This document shows positions 55,529 through 64,000 of a DNA stretch of 64,000 nucleotides, piece by piece. Source of the stretch: a virus. Taxonomy: Duplodnaviria > Caudoviricetes. The first letter of the stretch is position 1. Each line of letters starts with the position of its first letter. The stretch is from positions 32,001 through 96,000 of the IMG/VR virus record IMGVR_UViG_3300032330_001742; one strand, given 5' to 3'. A model generated the notes under the pieces. That model was not told the origin of the DNA. It searched no databases and saw nothing but the letters and a program-made list of their open reading frames with translations. A program made the translations under genes and the position numbers.

Positions 55529-57040
55529 ATGCTAAATTTATTTCAATGGGCATCAAAAGGAATGGTAGCAGTACCAAATCTATCGACATTGACAATTACT
55601 CAAGCACAAACACTACTTACTTCTTTAGGTCTTGGTTTTATAAACTCTGGTTCTTCATCAACATATAATATTAATTTAGATACAACTATTGCAACACAAT
55701 CAATTTCTGCAAACACCCTTGTTGATTATGGAACAAATATTAGTTTTACTTATTATGCATACGTAACTCCAGTTCCTACCCCAACTCCTACCCCTACACC
55801 TACACCAACGCCTACACCAACGCCTACACCAACGCCTACACCAACGCCTACACCAACCCCAACCCCTACACCAACTCCAACACCTACACCAAATGGTGTT
55901 GAATATTACATAGGAACATCTGCTTGTGCTGGAACAAGTGGGCTTTATTACAGTAGCCCATCAGTTTCTGGCCCATATTATTCCTCATCAATTCCATCAG
56001 ATACAAGTTCTTATTCTAATGCAGTTGTAACAAAAACAGTTTATAGATCAACATCTGCAGCAGCATTAGAGGCAGCAAAAAATGTTGCATGTGAAAATGT
56101 AACGCCTACTCCTACCCCAACTCCTACACCTACACCTACCCCAACACCTACCCCAACACCTACCCCAACCCCTACCCCAACCCCTACACCTTCACTTCCA
56201 ACATGTCCAGGAACTCAAACAAAAGCAACATCTTATACATGTAATGAATTAGGTTTGGTATATCTTGGAGGACCATCGGACTATCAGGTTGGTGTTGGAT
56301 ATCAATGTTGTGGTGGCGCAATTCCTACCCCAACTCCAACGCCTACCCCTACACCTACACCAACGCCTACACCAACTCCTACACCAACACCTACACCAAC
56401 TCCTACACCAACACCTACCCCAACACCTACCCCAACACCTACACCATATTCATTTACAACAACAGTATATGGAATTAGATGTATTTCTGGTGACACATTT
56501 ATTAGAGTTTTGCCAGGGGATGGAACTATAAATGTAGATGAAAATAATGGTGTTATTACACTAAAGGACAAAGATGGTAACACCGTTGCAAAACAGGCTA
56601 AAGATATAGTTATTGGTGATGAAATCATGACCACATCTTATTCTGAAATTGATCAAAACTCTCCAGATTACGAAATGTTCAATTGGAGTTCTGATTCTTT
56701 GACCTTTATAGAAAATGCTAAAACAACAATTGTTGATATTCAAGAAGATAATAAGAATCAGATTGCATACTTTAATAATGATCAATCAGCAAAATTTACA
56801 CTAGAGCATCCAATTTTAGTTAATAGAAAAATTAATAACATTGATGATTGGAAATTCTTGATGGTTGCAGAAATTGAAGTAGGAGATATAATTGTTAAGT
56901 ACGATTCAGAACTGGGAGTTTATAATAATGTGGTCATTGAATCAATTGACTTAATTCCATATGCAGAAACAGTTTATACATTTAGTGCTGAGCCAGTAGA
57001 TTTAATTATTGCTGGAGATATCATTACTCACAATAAGTAG
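55529..57040 (+). CDS. PASTA-like domain, three Pro-Thr repeat tracts and a C-terminal Hint (BIL-like) domain
   Basis: VAVPNL..LT..QA..LL..LGL; (PT)n three times; CISGDT at codon 318, FTLEHP block B, terminal IITHNK. Confidence 0.8.
   Translation: MLNLFQWASKGMVAVPNLSTLTITQAQTLLTSLGLGFINSGSSSTYNINLDTTIATQSISANTLVDYGTNISFTYYAYVTPVPTPTPTPTPTPTPTPTPTPTPTPTPTPTPTPTPTPTPTPNGVEYYIGTSACAGTSGLYYSSPSVSGPYYSSSIPSDTSSYSNAVVTKTVYRSTSAAALEAAKNVACENVTPTPTPTPTPTPTPTPTPTPTPTPTPTPTPSLPTCPGTQTKATSYTCNELGLVYLGGPSDYQVGVGYQCCGGAIPTPTPTPTPTPTPTPTPTPTPTPTPTPTPTPTPTPTPTPTPYSFTTTVYGIRCISGDTFIRVLPGDGTINVDENNGVITLKDKDGNTVAKQAKDIVIGDEIMTTSYSEIDQNSPDYEMFNWSSDSLTFIENAKTTIVDIQEDNKNQIAYFNNDQSAKFTLEHPILVNRKINNIDDWKFLMVAEIEVGDIIVKYDSELGVYNNVVIESIDLIPYAETVYTFSAEPVDLIIAGDIITHNK
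55763..56445 (+). repeat. three coding hexanucleotide (Pro-Thr) tandem tracts
   Basis: CCWACN repeats at about 55763-55891, 56102-56191 and 56323-56445. Confidence 0.9.
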
Positions 57041-57045
57041 CGCAA

Positions 57046-57618
57046 ATGATTAAAGATCCTTATTTGATTCAAAATGTTTTATCTGACCAAGATTTATCAA
57101 CACTATCTGACTACGCTTTCAAACTTTGGGAAACTGATAAAAGTACATACAATGAAGGTTTTGGTAGGCACCAATGGGCAATATGGGGAAATGATTTACC
57201 AGAAAAACTTCTTCCATTAAAATACATTCATACTAAATTGACAAAATTAGCAAAAAAAGAATTTGATTCAGAAACGCTTAAGCCTTCTTGGTGCCTGCTA
57301 AGTATTTATGAGGGTAAAGAGGCAAAACTTTGGAAGCATAAAGATGATAATGCTTGTACATATCATATAAATTTAACTTTAATTTCTAAAACCCCTTGGG
57401 ATTTTTATGTAGAAGGAGAAAAATTTACACCAGTCCCAAATGAAGCAGTTATTTCTTATGGAAATGATCAAGAACACTGGAGAGAACAATTTCCAGATCC
57501 AGAAAATAATTTAGTTTGCAATGCATTCTTTTTTTATTGTGAGCCAGAGCATTGGTATTTTACAAAAGGACCTTCTTATTTATATACAGACATAAGAAAA
57601 GAAAAAACAAATGGATAA
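57046..57618 (+). CDS. 2OG-Fe(II) dioxygenase-like protein
   Basis: LWKHKD, WDFYVEG, YG....HWRE. Confidence 0.75.
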   Translation: MIKDPYLIQNVLSDQDLSTLSDYAFKLWETDKSTYNEGFGRHQWAIWGNDLPEKLLPLKYIHTKLTKLAKKEFDSETLKPSWCLLSIYEGKEAKLWKHKDDNACTYHINLTLISKTPWDFYVEGEKFTPVPNEAVISYGNDQEHWREQFPDPENNLVCNAFFFYCEPEHWYFTKGPSYLYTDIRKEKTNG

Positions 57619-58528
57619 AATTTTTATAAGTATTGCAGCCTATAGGGATCCAGATTTAGTAAATACAGTAAAAAGTTTTTATGACAATGCATATAATAGA
57701 GATAGTTTATTTTTTTCTTTAGTCTCTCATGAAGAAGAAGATAATATTTTAGATTTTAGTTTTTTACCAAAAAACCAATATTCTTATCAAAAAATTGATT
57801 ATCGTTTAGCACAAGGAGTTTGTTCTGGAAGATATTTGGCAAACTCTTTGTTATCATCAGATTATAAATATTTTATGCAAACAGATTCACATTCTAGAGT
57901 TATTAAAAACTGGGACCTAGAAGTAATCAAATGTTATATAAAATGTAAAAATAAATGGGGAAATGATTTTTTATTTACTAAATACCCACACGGATTTAAT
58001 TTTGATTGGAGCCTAGGTGACTATATAGCAGTTTTACCAGAAAATAATAACACTTTACACAAGGTTGTACCAGTATGGGATGATTTTGAAAGTTTATACT
58101 TACTTGAATGGAAGGAATTAGAAGATACAGAGTTTGGAGATTTAGTTTATGGCTTTGCTGCAAACTGTGTATTTGGAAGTGCAGTTGCTATGTTAAAAAT
58201 ACCATATGATCCTTTTTTGTATTTTCATGGAGAAGAAATTACCTTGGGAGTTAGGGCTTATATAAACGATGTTCCCCTTGTATCGCCACCAATTAATTTT
58301 TTATACACAAATTATGATAGAGAAAATGGCAAAAGAAATTTTCACTGGGAAGATGATATAAGTTGGTCAATAAGGGATAAATATTCAAGAATTAGAATTA
58401 ACAATATTTTTAAAAAGAAAAATTTGGGAATTTTTGGTTTAAATGATTTAAATAAATATGAAGAACTTCAGAAAAATAGTGGAATAGATTTTGAAAATAA
58501 AACTCATATTAAAAATATTTATAGGTAA
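57611..58528 (+). CDS. Gnt1-like (Skp1 hydroxyproline GlcNAc-transferase, GT60) glycosyltransferase
   Basis: IFISIAAYRD, G.C.GR, YFMQTDSHSR...WD, PYDP.LYFHGEE. Confidence 0.8.
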   Translation: MDKIFISIAAYRDPDLVNTVKSFYDNAYNRDSLFFSLVSHEEEDNILDFSFLPKNQYSYQKIDYRLAQGVCSGRYLANSLLSSDYKYFMQTDSHSRVIKNWDLEVIKCYIKCKNKWGNDFLFTKYPHGFNFDWSLGDYIAVLPENNNTLHKVVPVWDDFESLYLLEWKELEDTEFGDLVYGFAANCVFGSAVAMLKIPYDPFLYFHGEEITLGVRAYINDVPLVSPPINFLYTNYDRENGKRNFHWEDDISWSIRDKYSRIRINNIFKKKNLGIFGLNDLNKYEELQKNSGIDFENKTHIKNIYR

Positions 58529-58557
58529 ATATGCTATACTTTTTAAAAGGGGTAAGA

Positions 58558-58761
58558 ATGAACAAAAAAACAGTTAAGCCTTGGGATTTGCTAAATCCTA
58601 ATAAGCCAAGATCTAATGATGAGATTGCAAAAGAAAGATATGACATTTGTAATTGGTGCCCAGAGTTTATTTCACTAACAAAACAATGTGCAAAATGTGG
58701 CTGTTTTATGCACCTTAAGGTAAAACTAGAAGAAGCAACATGTCCGTTAGGCAAATGGTAA
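58558..58761 (+). CDS. small Cys-rich protein, paralog of 50641
   Basis: RYDICNWC...CAKCGCFMHLK......CPLGKW. Confidence 0.7.
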   Translation: MNKKTVKPWDLLNPNKPRSNDEIAKERYDICNWCPEFISLTKQCAKCGCFMHLKVKLEEATCPLGKW

Positions 58762-58844
58762 TGAAATTATTTAATAGAATTATATTCAAGTATAAAGAAT
58801 ATAAAAAATATAAAAAAATAAAAAAGGGAACTTGGATATATTAA
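58761..58844 (+). CDS. 27-aa Lys-rich peptide
   Basis: MKLFNRIIFKYKEYKKYKKIKKGTWIY; TAATG-coupled at both ends. Confidence 0.55.
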   Translation: MKLFNRIIFKYKEYKKYKKIKKGTWIY

Positions 58845-59791
58845 TGTTTTTTGATATATTTAAACCTGGTATCGTACCTCATAATAGACCAAACAGTAAT
58901 TATAGGTCTAGTGTTCTTGCTACTCATGCAGAGATAGAAAGATCAGAATACAACTATGACTGGAATTCTGACGGTATAAGATCTATAGAGTTTTCAGAAA
59001 AACCACCAATCGTAACGCTTGGTTGCTCTATTACTCTTGGTCAAGGATTACCTATAGACTTAATTTGGCCAGAAATGCTTGCTAAAAAAATCAATTTAAA
59101 AGTTGGAAATATATCATATAGTGGTGGATCTATTACTCAAATTATTTCAGGATTTTTTGGAATGATTGCTCAATATAAATACAACCCAGAGTATGTAATT
59201 TGTAATTTTCCACCTTTTGATAGGTTTTATTTTATAAATGGCAAAGGTGATCAACTTAAAGACTACAGGGCTGGTGTAAAAAAAAGAAAAACAAAGGATT
59301 CTGCGCCATGGGACTATGGTGCAACTATTCCATATGAATGGGCATATTACAGTAATTTGAATGCTTTGCAAATGCTTGAATCCTTCTGTGACTCAAATAA
59401 TATTAAACTTATCTGGAGTACATGGTCAAATGCATTGTCTGAAGATCAAGAAGATTTTCTTATGGATAATTTTCAACACTATGTTAAAGACCCAGTAAGA
59501 AAAGAGTTTGCCCCACATTTTGAGTTCTGGGTTGATTCAAAAACGGTAGATGCGTTAGATGTTTTTTATAAAATGAAAAACTGGGATAAAGTTCAATGCC
59601 ATACCAAAGAATTTATGATGCACAAAGAAATTTTTAATTATGCTTATGACTATCACAAAATAGGAGAAGCCCCAGATAAAGAGAAAGTTATTACTCGAAC
59701 TCCTCATCCAGGGCTTCACAAGCATATTCATTACGTTGATTTTTATTATAACGAAATGTTAAAAAATGGTTTTAAAGAGGGAACTTCTTAA
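58844..59791 (+). CDS. SGNH/GDSL-like protein
   Basis: WNSDGIRS, LGCSITLGQG, NISYSG, C-terminal PHPG..H. Confidence 0.55.
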   Translation: MFFDIFKPGIVPHNRPNSNYRSSVLATHAEIERSEYNYDWNSDGIRSIEFSEKPPIVTLGCSITLGQGLPIDLIWPEMLAKKINLKVGNISYSGGSITQIISGFFGMIAQYKYNPEYVICNFPPFDRFYFINGKGDQLKDYRAGVKKRKTKDSAPWDYGATIPYEWAYYSNLNALQMLESFCDSNNIKLIWSTWSNALSEDQEDFLMDNFQHYVKDPVRKEFAPHFEFWVDSKTVDALDVFYKMKNWDKVQCHTKEFMMHKEIFNYAYDYHKIGEAPDKEKVITRTPHPGLHKHIHYVDFYYNEMLKNGFKEGTS

Positions 59792-60332
59792 TCCACATCT
59801 TTGTTTTAGCAGTAAGTCCATGCCAAGAGGACCAGTCCTGCCCACCGTTAGACATCCAGAACGCAACCTGTGCATTGATTACTGGATTGAAAAGATCTTG
59901 GTTATCACTAAGACCAAACTTTTTAATTCGGTCAGGACCAAGATCTCGGATCATATTAATTTGAAAGAGACCATATGATTTGTCTCCTGTTTTACCATTT
60001 TTGTTAAAAGCATATGGTCTACCATTACTTTCTTTTTTAGACACAGCCCAAGCCTCTTTTAGATCTTTTCCTCTAAAACCAACTTGGTACAAAAGGTCTT
60101 TTAGTTCCTTGTCTGTCAATGAGTCATGACTAACATATTTTGTTAGTTTACTAAGATTTGCAGTTCTAGAAACCAAAAAAGCCCCAGAAGGGGCTATCAC
60201 GGGCTGGACCTGTTCACTCTTAGTATTTGATGTAACTGTTACTGCATTAGCATTATTTGAAAAAACGGCAAACATGCCAGTCACCGTAAGTATTCCAATG
60301 ATTACTTGTTCTTTAAATTTCTCGTTCATCAT
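59772..60332 (-). CDS. lysozyme-like/lytic transglycosylase with signal anchor
   Basis: AWAVSKKESNG, SYGLFQINM, LFNP..NA. Confidence 0.8.
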   Translation of the reverse strand: MMNEKFKEQVIIGILTVTGMFAVFSNNANAVTVTSNTKSEQVQPVIAPSGAFLVSRTANLSKLTKYVSHDSLTDKELKDLLYQVGFRGKDLKEAWAVSKKESNGRPYAFNKNGKTGDKSYGLFQINMIRDLGPDRIKKFGLSDNQDLFNPVINAQVAFWMSNGGQDWSSWHGLTAKTKMWIKKFPL

Positions 60333-60446
60333 AGTTTCCTCCTTAGAAAACAATAACACCTTGGTAGGTGTCTAGTATTAAGTATAACATAATTTTACCC
60401 ACTTTTAACCTAAAAGTCAAGTTTTACCGTGGTATAATTATTTATT

Positions 60447-60953
60447 ATGGCAACAACTAATGATGGATTGTTTAATTTACCTTTTCCAGAGTCAACTGAT
60501 CCTGTTAATGTTCATGGTGATATAAAGGCTTTAGCAGATAGATTAAGGATTGTTTTACCACCACTTGGAGTATCTGCTTTTCAACTTCCAGTAATAAATG
60601 ATAGTGGACAAACCTTAAATGCTGGAACTCCAGTTTATGCAAAAGGTTTTACAACAAAAACAACCATTGACAAATATTTGCCATCAAATACAAAACATGT
60701 TTTAGGATTACTTAAACAAGGATTAACAAATGGGTCCGAAGGTATTTGTATTGTTGCTGGAGTTCTAGAAGGTGTTAATACTTCTTCTTTTGCAAATGGA
60801 GATATTTTATATGCAGCCCCATCTGGTGGACTAACGGTAACACCTGACGGAGCAGCAGTTGGCATTGTTGCCCATGCAGCATCTTCTGGAATTATTGTTG
60901 TGCAAGCAAAAGGCAACGGTACATGGGGAGCATTAAAGGCAGGGCTATCCTAA
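60447..60953 (+). CDS. virion structural protein
   Basis: LPFPESTDPVNVHGDI; G..Y...GGLT. Confidence 0.55.
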   Translation: MATTNDGLFNLPFPESTDPVNVHGDIKALADRLRIVLPPLGVSAFQLPVINDSGQTLNAGTPVYAKGFTTKTTIDKYLPSNTKHVLGLLKQGLTNGSEGICIVAGVLEGVNTSSFANGDILYAAPSGGLTVTPDGAAVGIVAHAASSGIIVVQAKGNGTWGALKAGLS

Positions 60954-60972
60954 TGAATGGTATAATCTAATC

Positions 60973-61371
60973 ATGGCAACAACTCGTGGAGCAGCATCGT
61001 CTTATGATATTGGTAATAAACCACCTACAGTTATTTGGACAGTAGTTCGTGGTGATACTTCTGGTTTTAGAGTATATGCAACTGATGATGCAAAGCAACC
61101 ATTAAATATTCCTGATTGGGATATATCCATGAAGTTTAAAAGACCAGTATTAAACCCTGGAGTTATTTCAGATAATGCAACACTGGTTTTCACACTAACC
61201 CCAGCACCAGATGATGATGATCAAATTGGCGAGTTTACTGTATGGTTGACTGCAGCCCAATCTGCTCAACTTGAAACAGGAGACATTTTCGATATTCAGT
61301 TGTCTGACCCAACAAGAGTTTGGACTGTTGCTCAGGGCAGCATGAAGATTCTTGAAGATGTAACAGATTAA
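60973..61371 (+). CDS. virion/tail-associated Ig-like protein
   Basis: WTVVRGDT...FDIQL...WTVAQG; paralog of 52112. Confidence 0.55.
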   Translation: MATTRGAASSYDIGNKPPTVIWTVVRGDTSGFRVYATDDAKQPLNIPDWDISMKFKRPVLNPGVISDNATLVFTLTPAPDDDDQIGEFTVWLTAAQSAQLETGDIFDIQLSDPTRVWTVAQGSMKILEDVTD

Positions 61372-61592
61372 TGGCAACAGCAGTAATTATTAATGACTTA
61401 AACAACTCAGTAAAGTTTATTGAGCCAAAAAACTATTCAGTAATAACAATTAAAGATCCCCAGCCTTCAGTAAAGATAGAAGAGATTCTTCCGTTTAGGA
61501 TTAAATTTACAGCAGTTCAAATCCAAGATATTCGTGGTATGATTCCTGCAATTCCACTTCAGGTAATTGGCTATAGCAACTATATACTTTAA
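61371..61592 (+). CDS. hypothetical structural protein
   Basis: TAATG-coupled ORF. Confidence 0.55.
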   Translation: MATAVIINDLNNSVKFIEPKNYSVITIKDPQPSVKIEEILPFRIKFTAVQIQDIRGMIPAIPLQVIGYSNYIL

Positions 61593-61626
61593 TTAAATTA
61601 GTTAAAATATATGTTATAATTACAAC

Positions 61627-62073
61627 ATGGCTAAAGTATCAATTGCATCAGTAAAGTCAAAATTCCAAACAGGTGACCGCCCAACACAGGCTGACTATGA
61701 GGATTTAATTGACACACTTGCAGGATCTGGATTTGATCTTGGATCTGCAGGTAATAATGAAAACACAATCAATGGAATTGAGAACCCAACGGTAATTGAT
61801 AACTTTGATGCTACTGTTTGGCGTATGGTTAAGTATATGGTTTCTATCGCTAAAACATCAGCAGGGGACAATAAGTTCTATGCTACAGAATTAACAATTT
61901 TGGTTGATGGGCAAGATGTGTCTGTCAGCGAATATGGCACTATCGACAATGATGGGAATATTGGCACCATTAATGTCTCTCGCACTGGAAATACCGTGGC
62001 TTTAACAGTCACTCCAGATACTGCGATCAAGCCAGTCACTGTACGTTTTGCACGTATGGGACTTAAGGCATAA
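61627..62073 (+). CDS. virion structural protein
   Basis: FQTGDRPTQADY.DLID; C-terminal domain with SEYG shared with 62091. Confidence 0.6.
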   Translation: MAKVSIASVKSKFQTGDRPTQADYEDLIDTLAGSGFDLGSAGNNENTINGIENPTVIDNFDATVWRMVKYMVSIAKTSAGDNKFYATELTILVDGQDVSVSEYGTIDNDGNIGTINVSRTGNTVALTVTPDTAIKPVTVRFARMGLKA

Positions 62074-62090
62074 CTAAGGAGATATAAAAA

Positions 62091-63773
62091 ATGGCAACAG
62101 TAAACAAAGATTTTAAAATTAAGAGTGGTCTCGTCGTTGAAGGTACAACAGGTACAATCAACGGTTATGACATTCTTACAAAGAAGCAAAATGATCAAGA
62201 TTATATTATTGGTCTTATTGGTGGAGCAGCAGATTCTGCAGCAACACCAGATACAGTAGTACTCCGTGATGGAGATGCTAACTTTGCTGCTAACAATGTT
62301 ACAGTAAATGCACTCTATGTTGGTGGTTCAACTAATAATGGTATCGATGTTGTTGATGGAGATACAGAAATTGGTTCTAATAATGGAATCGTTCTTACTG
62401 CATCAGGAGACATCGCACTTAACTCAGGCAATGGAGACATTGTTCTTAATCCAGATGGAAATTCATACTTATGGACAAAGTCTAGTGGAAACCAGATTGC
62501 AACTCATGAATATGTAGATGGAGAAATTTCTTCTCTAGACACAGCAGCACAAGGCTATGCAGATGCTGCAGAGACCGCTGCAAATGGCTATACAGACTCT
62601 GCAATTTCAACCGAAGTTACAAATCGTAACTCTGCAATTGCAACTGCAAAGGGTGAGGCTGAAGATTATGCAGATACAGTTTCTGGAAATGCATATACAG
62701 ATGCAACACAGTATACAGATTCTGCTATTACAAATCTTAATCTTTCTGGTACATACGATGCACTTGGTGCAGCAACTACAGCAGAAAATAATGCAAAGGC
62801 TTATACAGACCAGGAAGTTGCTGCTCTTGTAGATTCAGCACCAGCACTTCTTGACACACTTAATGAGTTGGCTGCAGCAATTGCTGATAATCCAAATTAT
62901 GCAACAGATGTTGCTAATCTTATTGCAGATAAGGCTGATACATCTTATGTAAACCAGGAACTATCTGACCTAGATACAGCAGCACAGGGATATGCTTCAG
63001 CAGCAGATACTTCTGCTAGAGGATATGCAGATGGACTTATTTCAACAGAAGTTTCAGATCGCAACTCAGCAATTTCTACAGCAATCACAAACCTTGATCT
63101 TGCTAATACATATGATGCAAAGGGTGCTGCTACAACAGCACAAAATAATGCTGCAACATATACAGATAACGCAATTAATGCACTCACAACATCTGATATT
63201 GAAGAAGGATCAAACCTTTACTTCACAGACTATGCTGCAAAGACATCAGCAGTTGATCTTTTGACAAATGCTACAAAAAATAACATTGATATTACTTGGA
63301 CTAACCAAGGTGGTCTTGTTATTACCGCAGAAAACGGTGTAGCAGATTCTACAACATCTGACCTTGCAGAAGGTTCACGCCTTTACTTTACAGATCAGAG
63401 AGCAGTAGATGCTCTCGAAGCAGTTGTTCCAAACTTCACAGCAGTTGAGTTGAACTCAGTTGCTAAGCAGGTTGCAGCAACTCTATCAGCACCAACAGCA
63501 GGAATTCAGGTAGCACATGCTTTCGCAAAGTCTGACTACCGTTCAGCAGAATACCTTGTAAAGGTTGCCTACGGAACACACACTGAAATCTCAAAGGTCC
63601 TTTTGACACTTGATTCTTCAGACAATATTGCAATTACTGAATACGGAATTGTTGGAACAAATGGCTCAGCGTCATCAATTTCAGCAGGTATCTTAGGATC
63701 AGATGTACAACTTCAGGTAACAACTGTCAACAATAACTCAACAGTTACTGTTGTCGGAACACTTGTTGCGTAA
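62091..63773 (+). CDS. long tail fiber protein
   Basis: KDFKIKSGL N-terminus, A..YAD helical repeats, APALLDTLNELAAAI, EGSNLYFTD repeats, TEYG C-terminus. Confidence 0.75.
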   Translation: MATVNKDFKIKSGLVVEGTTGTINGYDILTKKQNDQDYIIGLIGGAADSAATPDTVVLRDGDANFAANNVTVNALYVGGSTNNGIDVVDGDTEIGSNNGIVLTASGDIALNSGNGDIVLNPDGNSYLWTKSSGNQIATHEYVDGEISSLDTAAQGYADAAETAANGYTDSAISTEVTNRNSAIATAKGEAEDYADTVSGNAYTDATQYTDSAITNLNLSGTYDALGAATTAENNAKAYTDQEVAALVDSAPALLDTLNELAAAIADNPNYATDVANLIADKADTSYVNQELSDLDTAAQGYASAADTSARGYADGLISTEVSDRNSAISTAITNLDLANTYDAKGAATTAQNNAATYTDNAINALTTSDIEEGSNLYFTDYAAKTSAVDLLTNATKNNIDITWTNQGGLVITAENGVADSTTSDLAEGSRLYFTDQRAVDALEAVVPNFTAVELNSVAKQVAATLSAPTAGIQVAHAFAKSDYRSAEYLVKVAYGTHTEISKVLLTLDSSDNIAITEYGIVGTNGSASSISAGILGSDVQLQVTTVNNNSTVTVVGTLVA

Positions 63774-63806
63774 TAAAAATAAAATAGTTGGAAGAGGGAG
63801 AAGTAA

Positions 63807-64000
63807 ATGACAACATCAGTGACAGTCGATAAAGACTTCAGAGTTAAGAATGGCTTAGTCGTAGCAAACGGCGGTTCATTCGGCGGAGCAGTTGAAGTAG
63901 GAACACCTACTATTAATACTCACGCAGCAACCAAGGAGTATGTCGATAATCGCTCAATGGCTGTCGGAGATACTGCTCCCTCTTCACCAACAAATGGTAC
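63807..64000 (+). CDS. tail fiber-like protein, partial
   Basis: MTTSVTVDKDFRVKNGL...HAATKEYVD; runs off the window. Confidence 0.65.
   Translation, partial: MTTSVTVDKDFRVKNGLVVANGGSFGGAVEVGTPTINTHAATKEYVDNRSMAVGDTAPSSPTNG

Noticed and set aside
55763-56445. Tandem repeats as a CRISPR array or non-coding satellite
   Set aside because: In-frame hexamers with free third codon positions encoding Pro-Thr; no spacers
60335-60430. c-di-AMP (ydaO) riboswitch upstream of the transglycosylase
   Set aside because: The leader is short, AT-rich and lacks the expected conserved elements
1-64000. Stop-codon reassignment
   Set aside because: Genes are full length under the standard code, TAA, TAG and TGA all end recognisable proteins, and I saw no suppressor tRNA
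1-64000. Prophage boundary, integrase or IS element
   Set aside because: No integrase, transposase or host housekeeping block seen; tRNAs are interspersed with phage genes

Overview
64 kb segment of a large, AT-rich tailed-phage genome. WhiB, pervasive leaderless genes and TT(A/G)TCCACA boxes point to an actinobacterial host, possibly a low-GC freshwater lineage (inference). Layout: (1) 0.2-5.7 kb, Cas4-like exonuclease, RuvC-like resolvase and terminase subunits; (2) 5.7-12.4 kb, secreted/surface proteins, proteases and endolysin; (3) 12.4-35.7 kb, accessory zone with an APS kinase fusion, sulfotransferase-like, SGNH-like and methyltransferase genes, a carbamoyltransferase, an RsmI-like enzyme, Dps, Hsp20, WhiB, many 2OG-Fe(II) dioxygenases (13 in the whole window) and most of the 9 tRNA genes, including a rare Ile(UAU); (4) 35.7-47.7 kb, a divergently transcribed island of small early-type genes, bracketed by DnaA boxes and filled with repeated CRP-type palindromes, GACAC boxes and a five-copy covarying RNA pseudoknot; (5) 52-64 kb, virion/tail genes. 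The leading candidates for undescribed systems are a Pro-Thr-repeat/Hint-domain protein coupled to a dioxygenase and a Gnt1-like hydroxyproline GlcNAc-transferase, the repeated 3-prime pseudoknot, and the host-regulator binding-site island. All family calls come from motif recognition by eye; no database searches were run.
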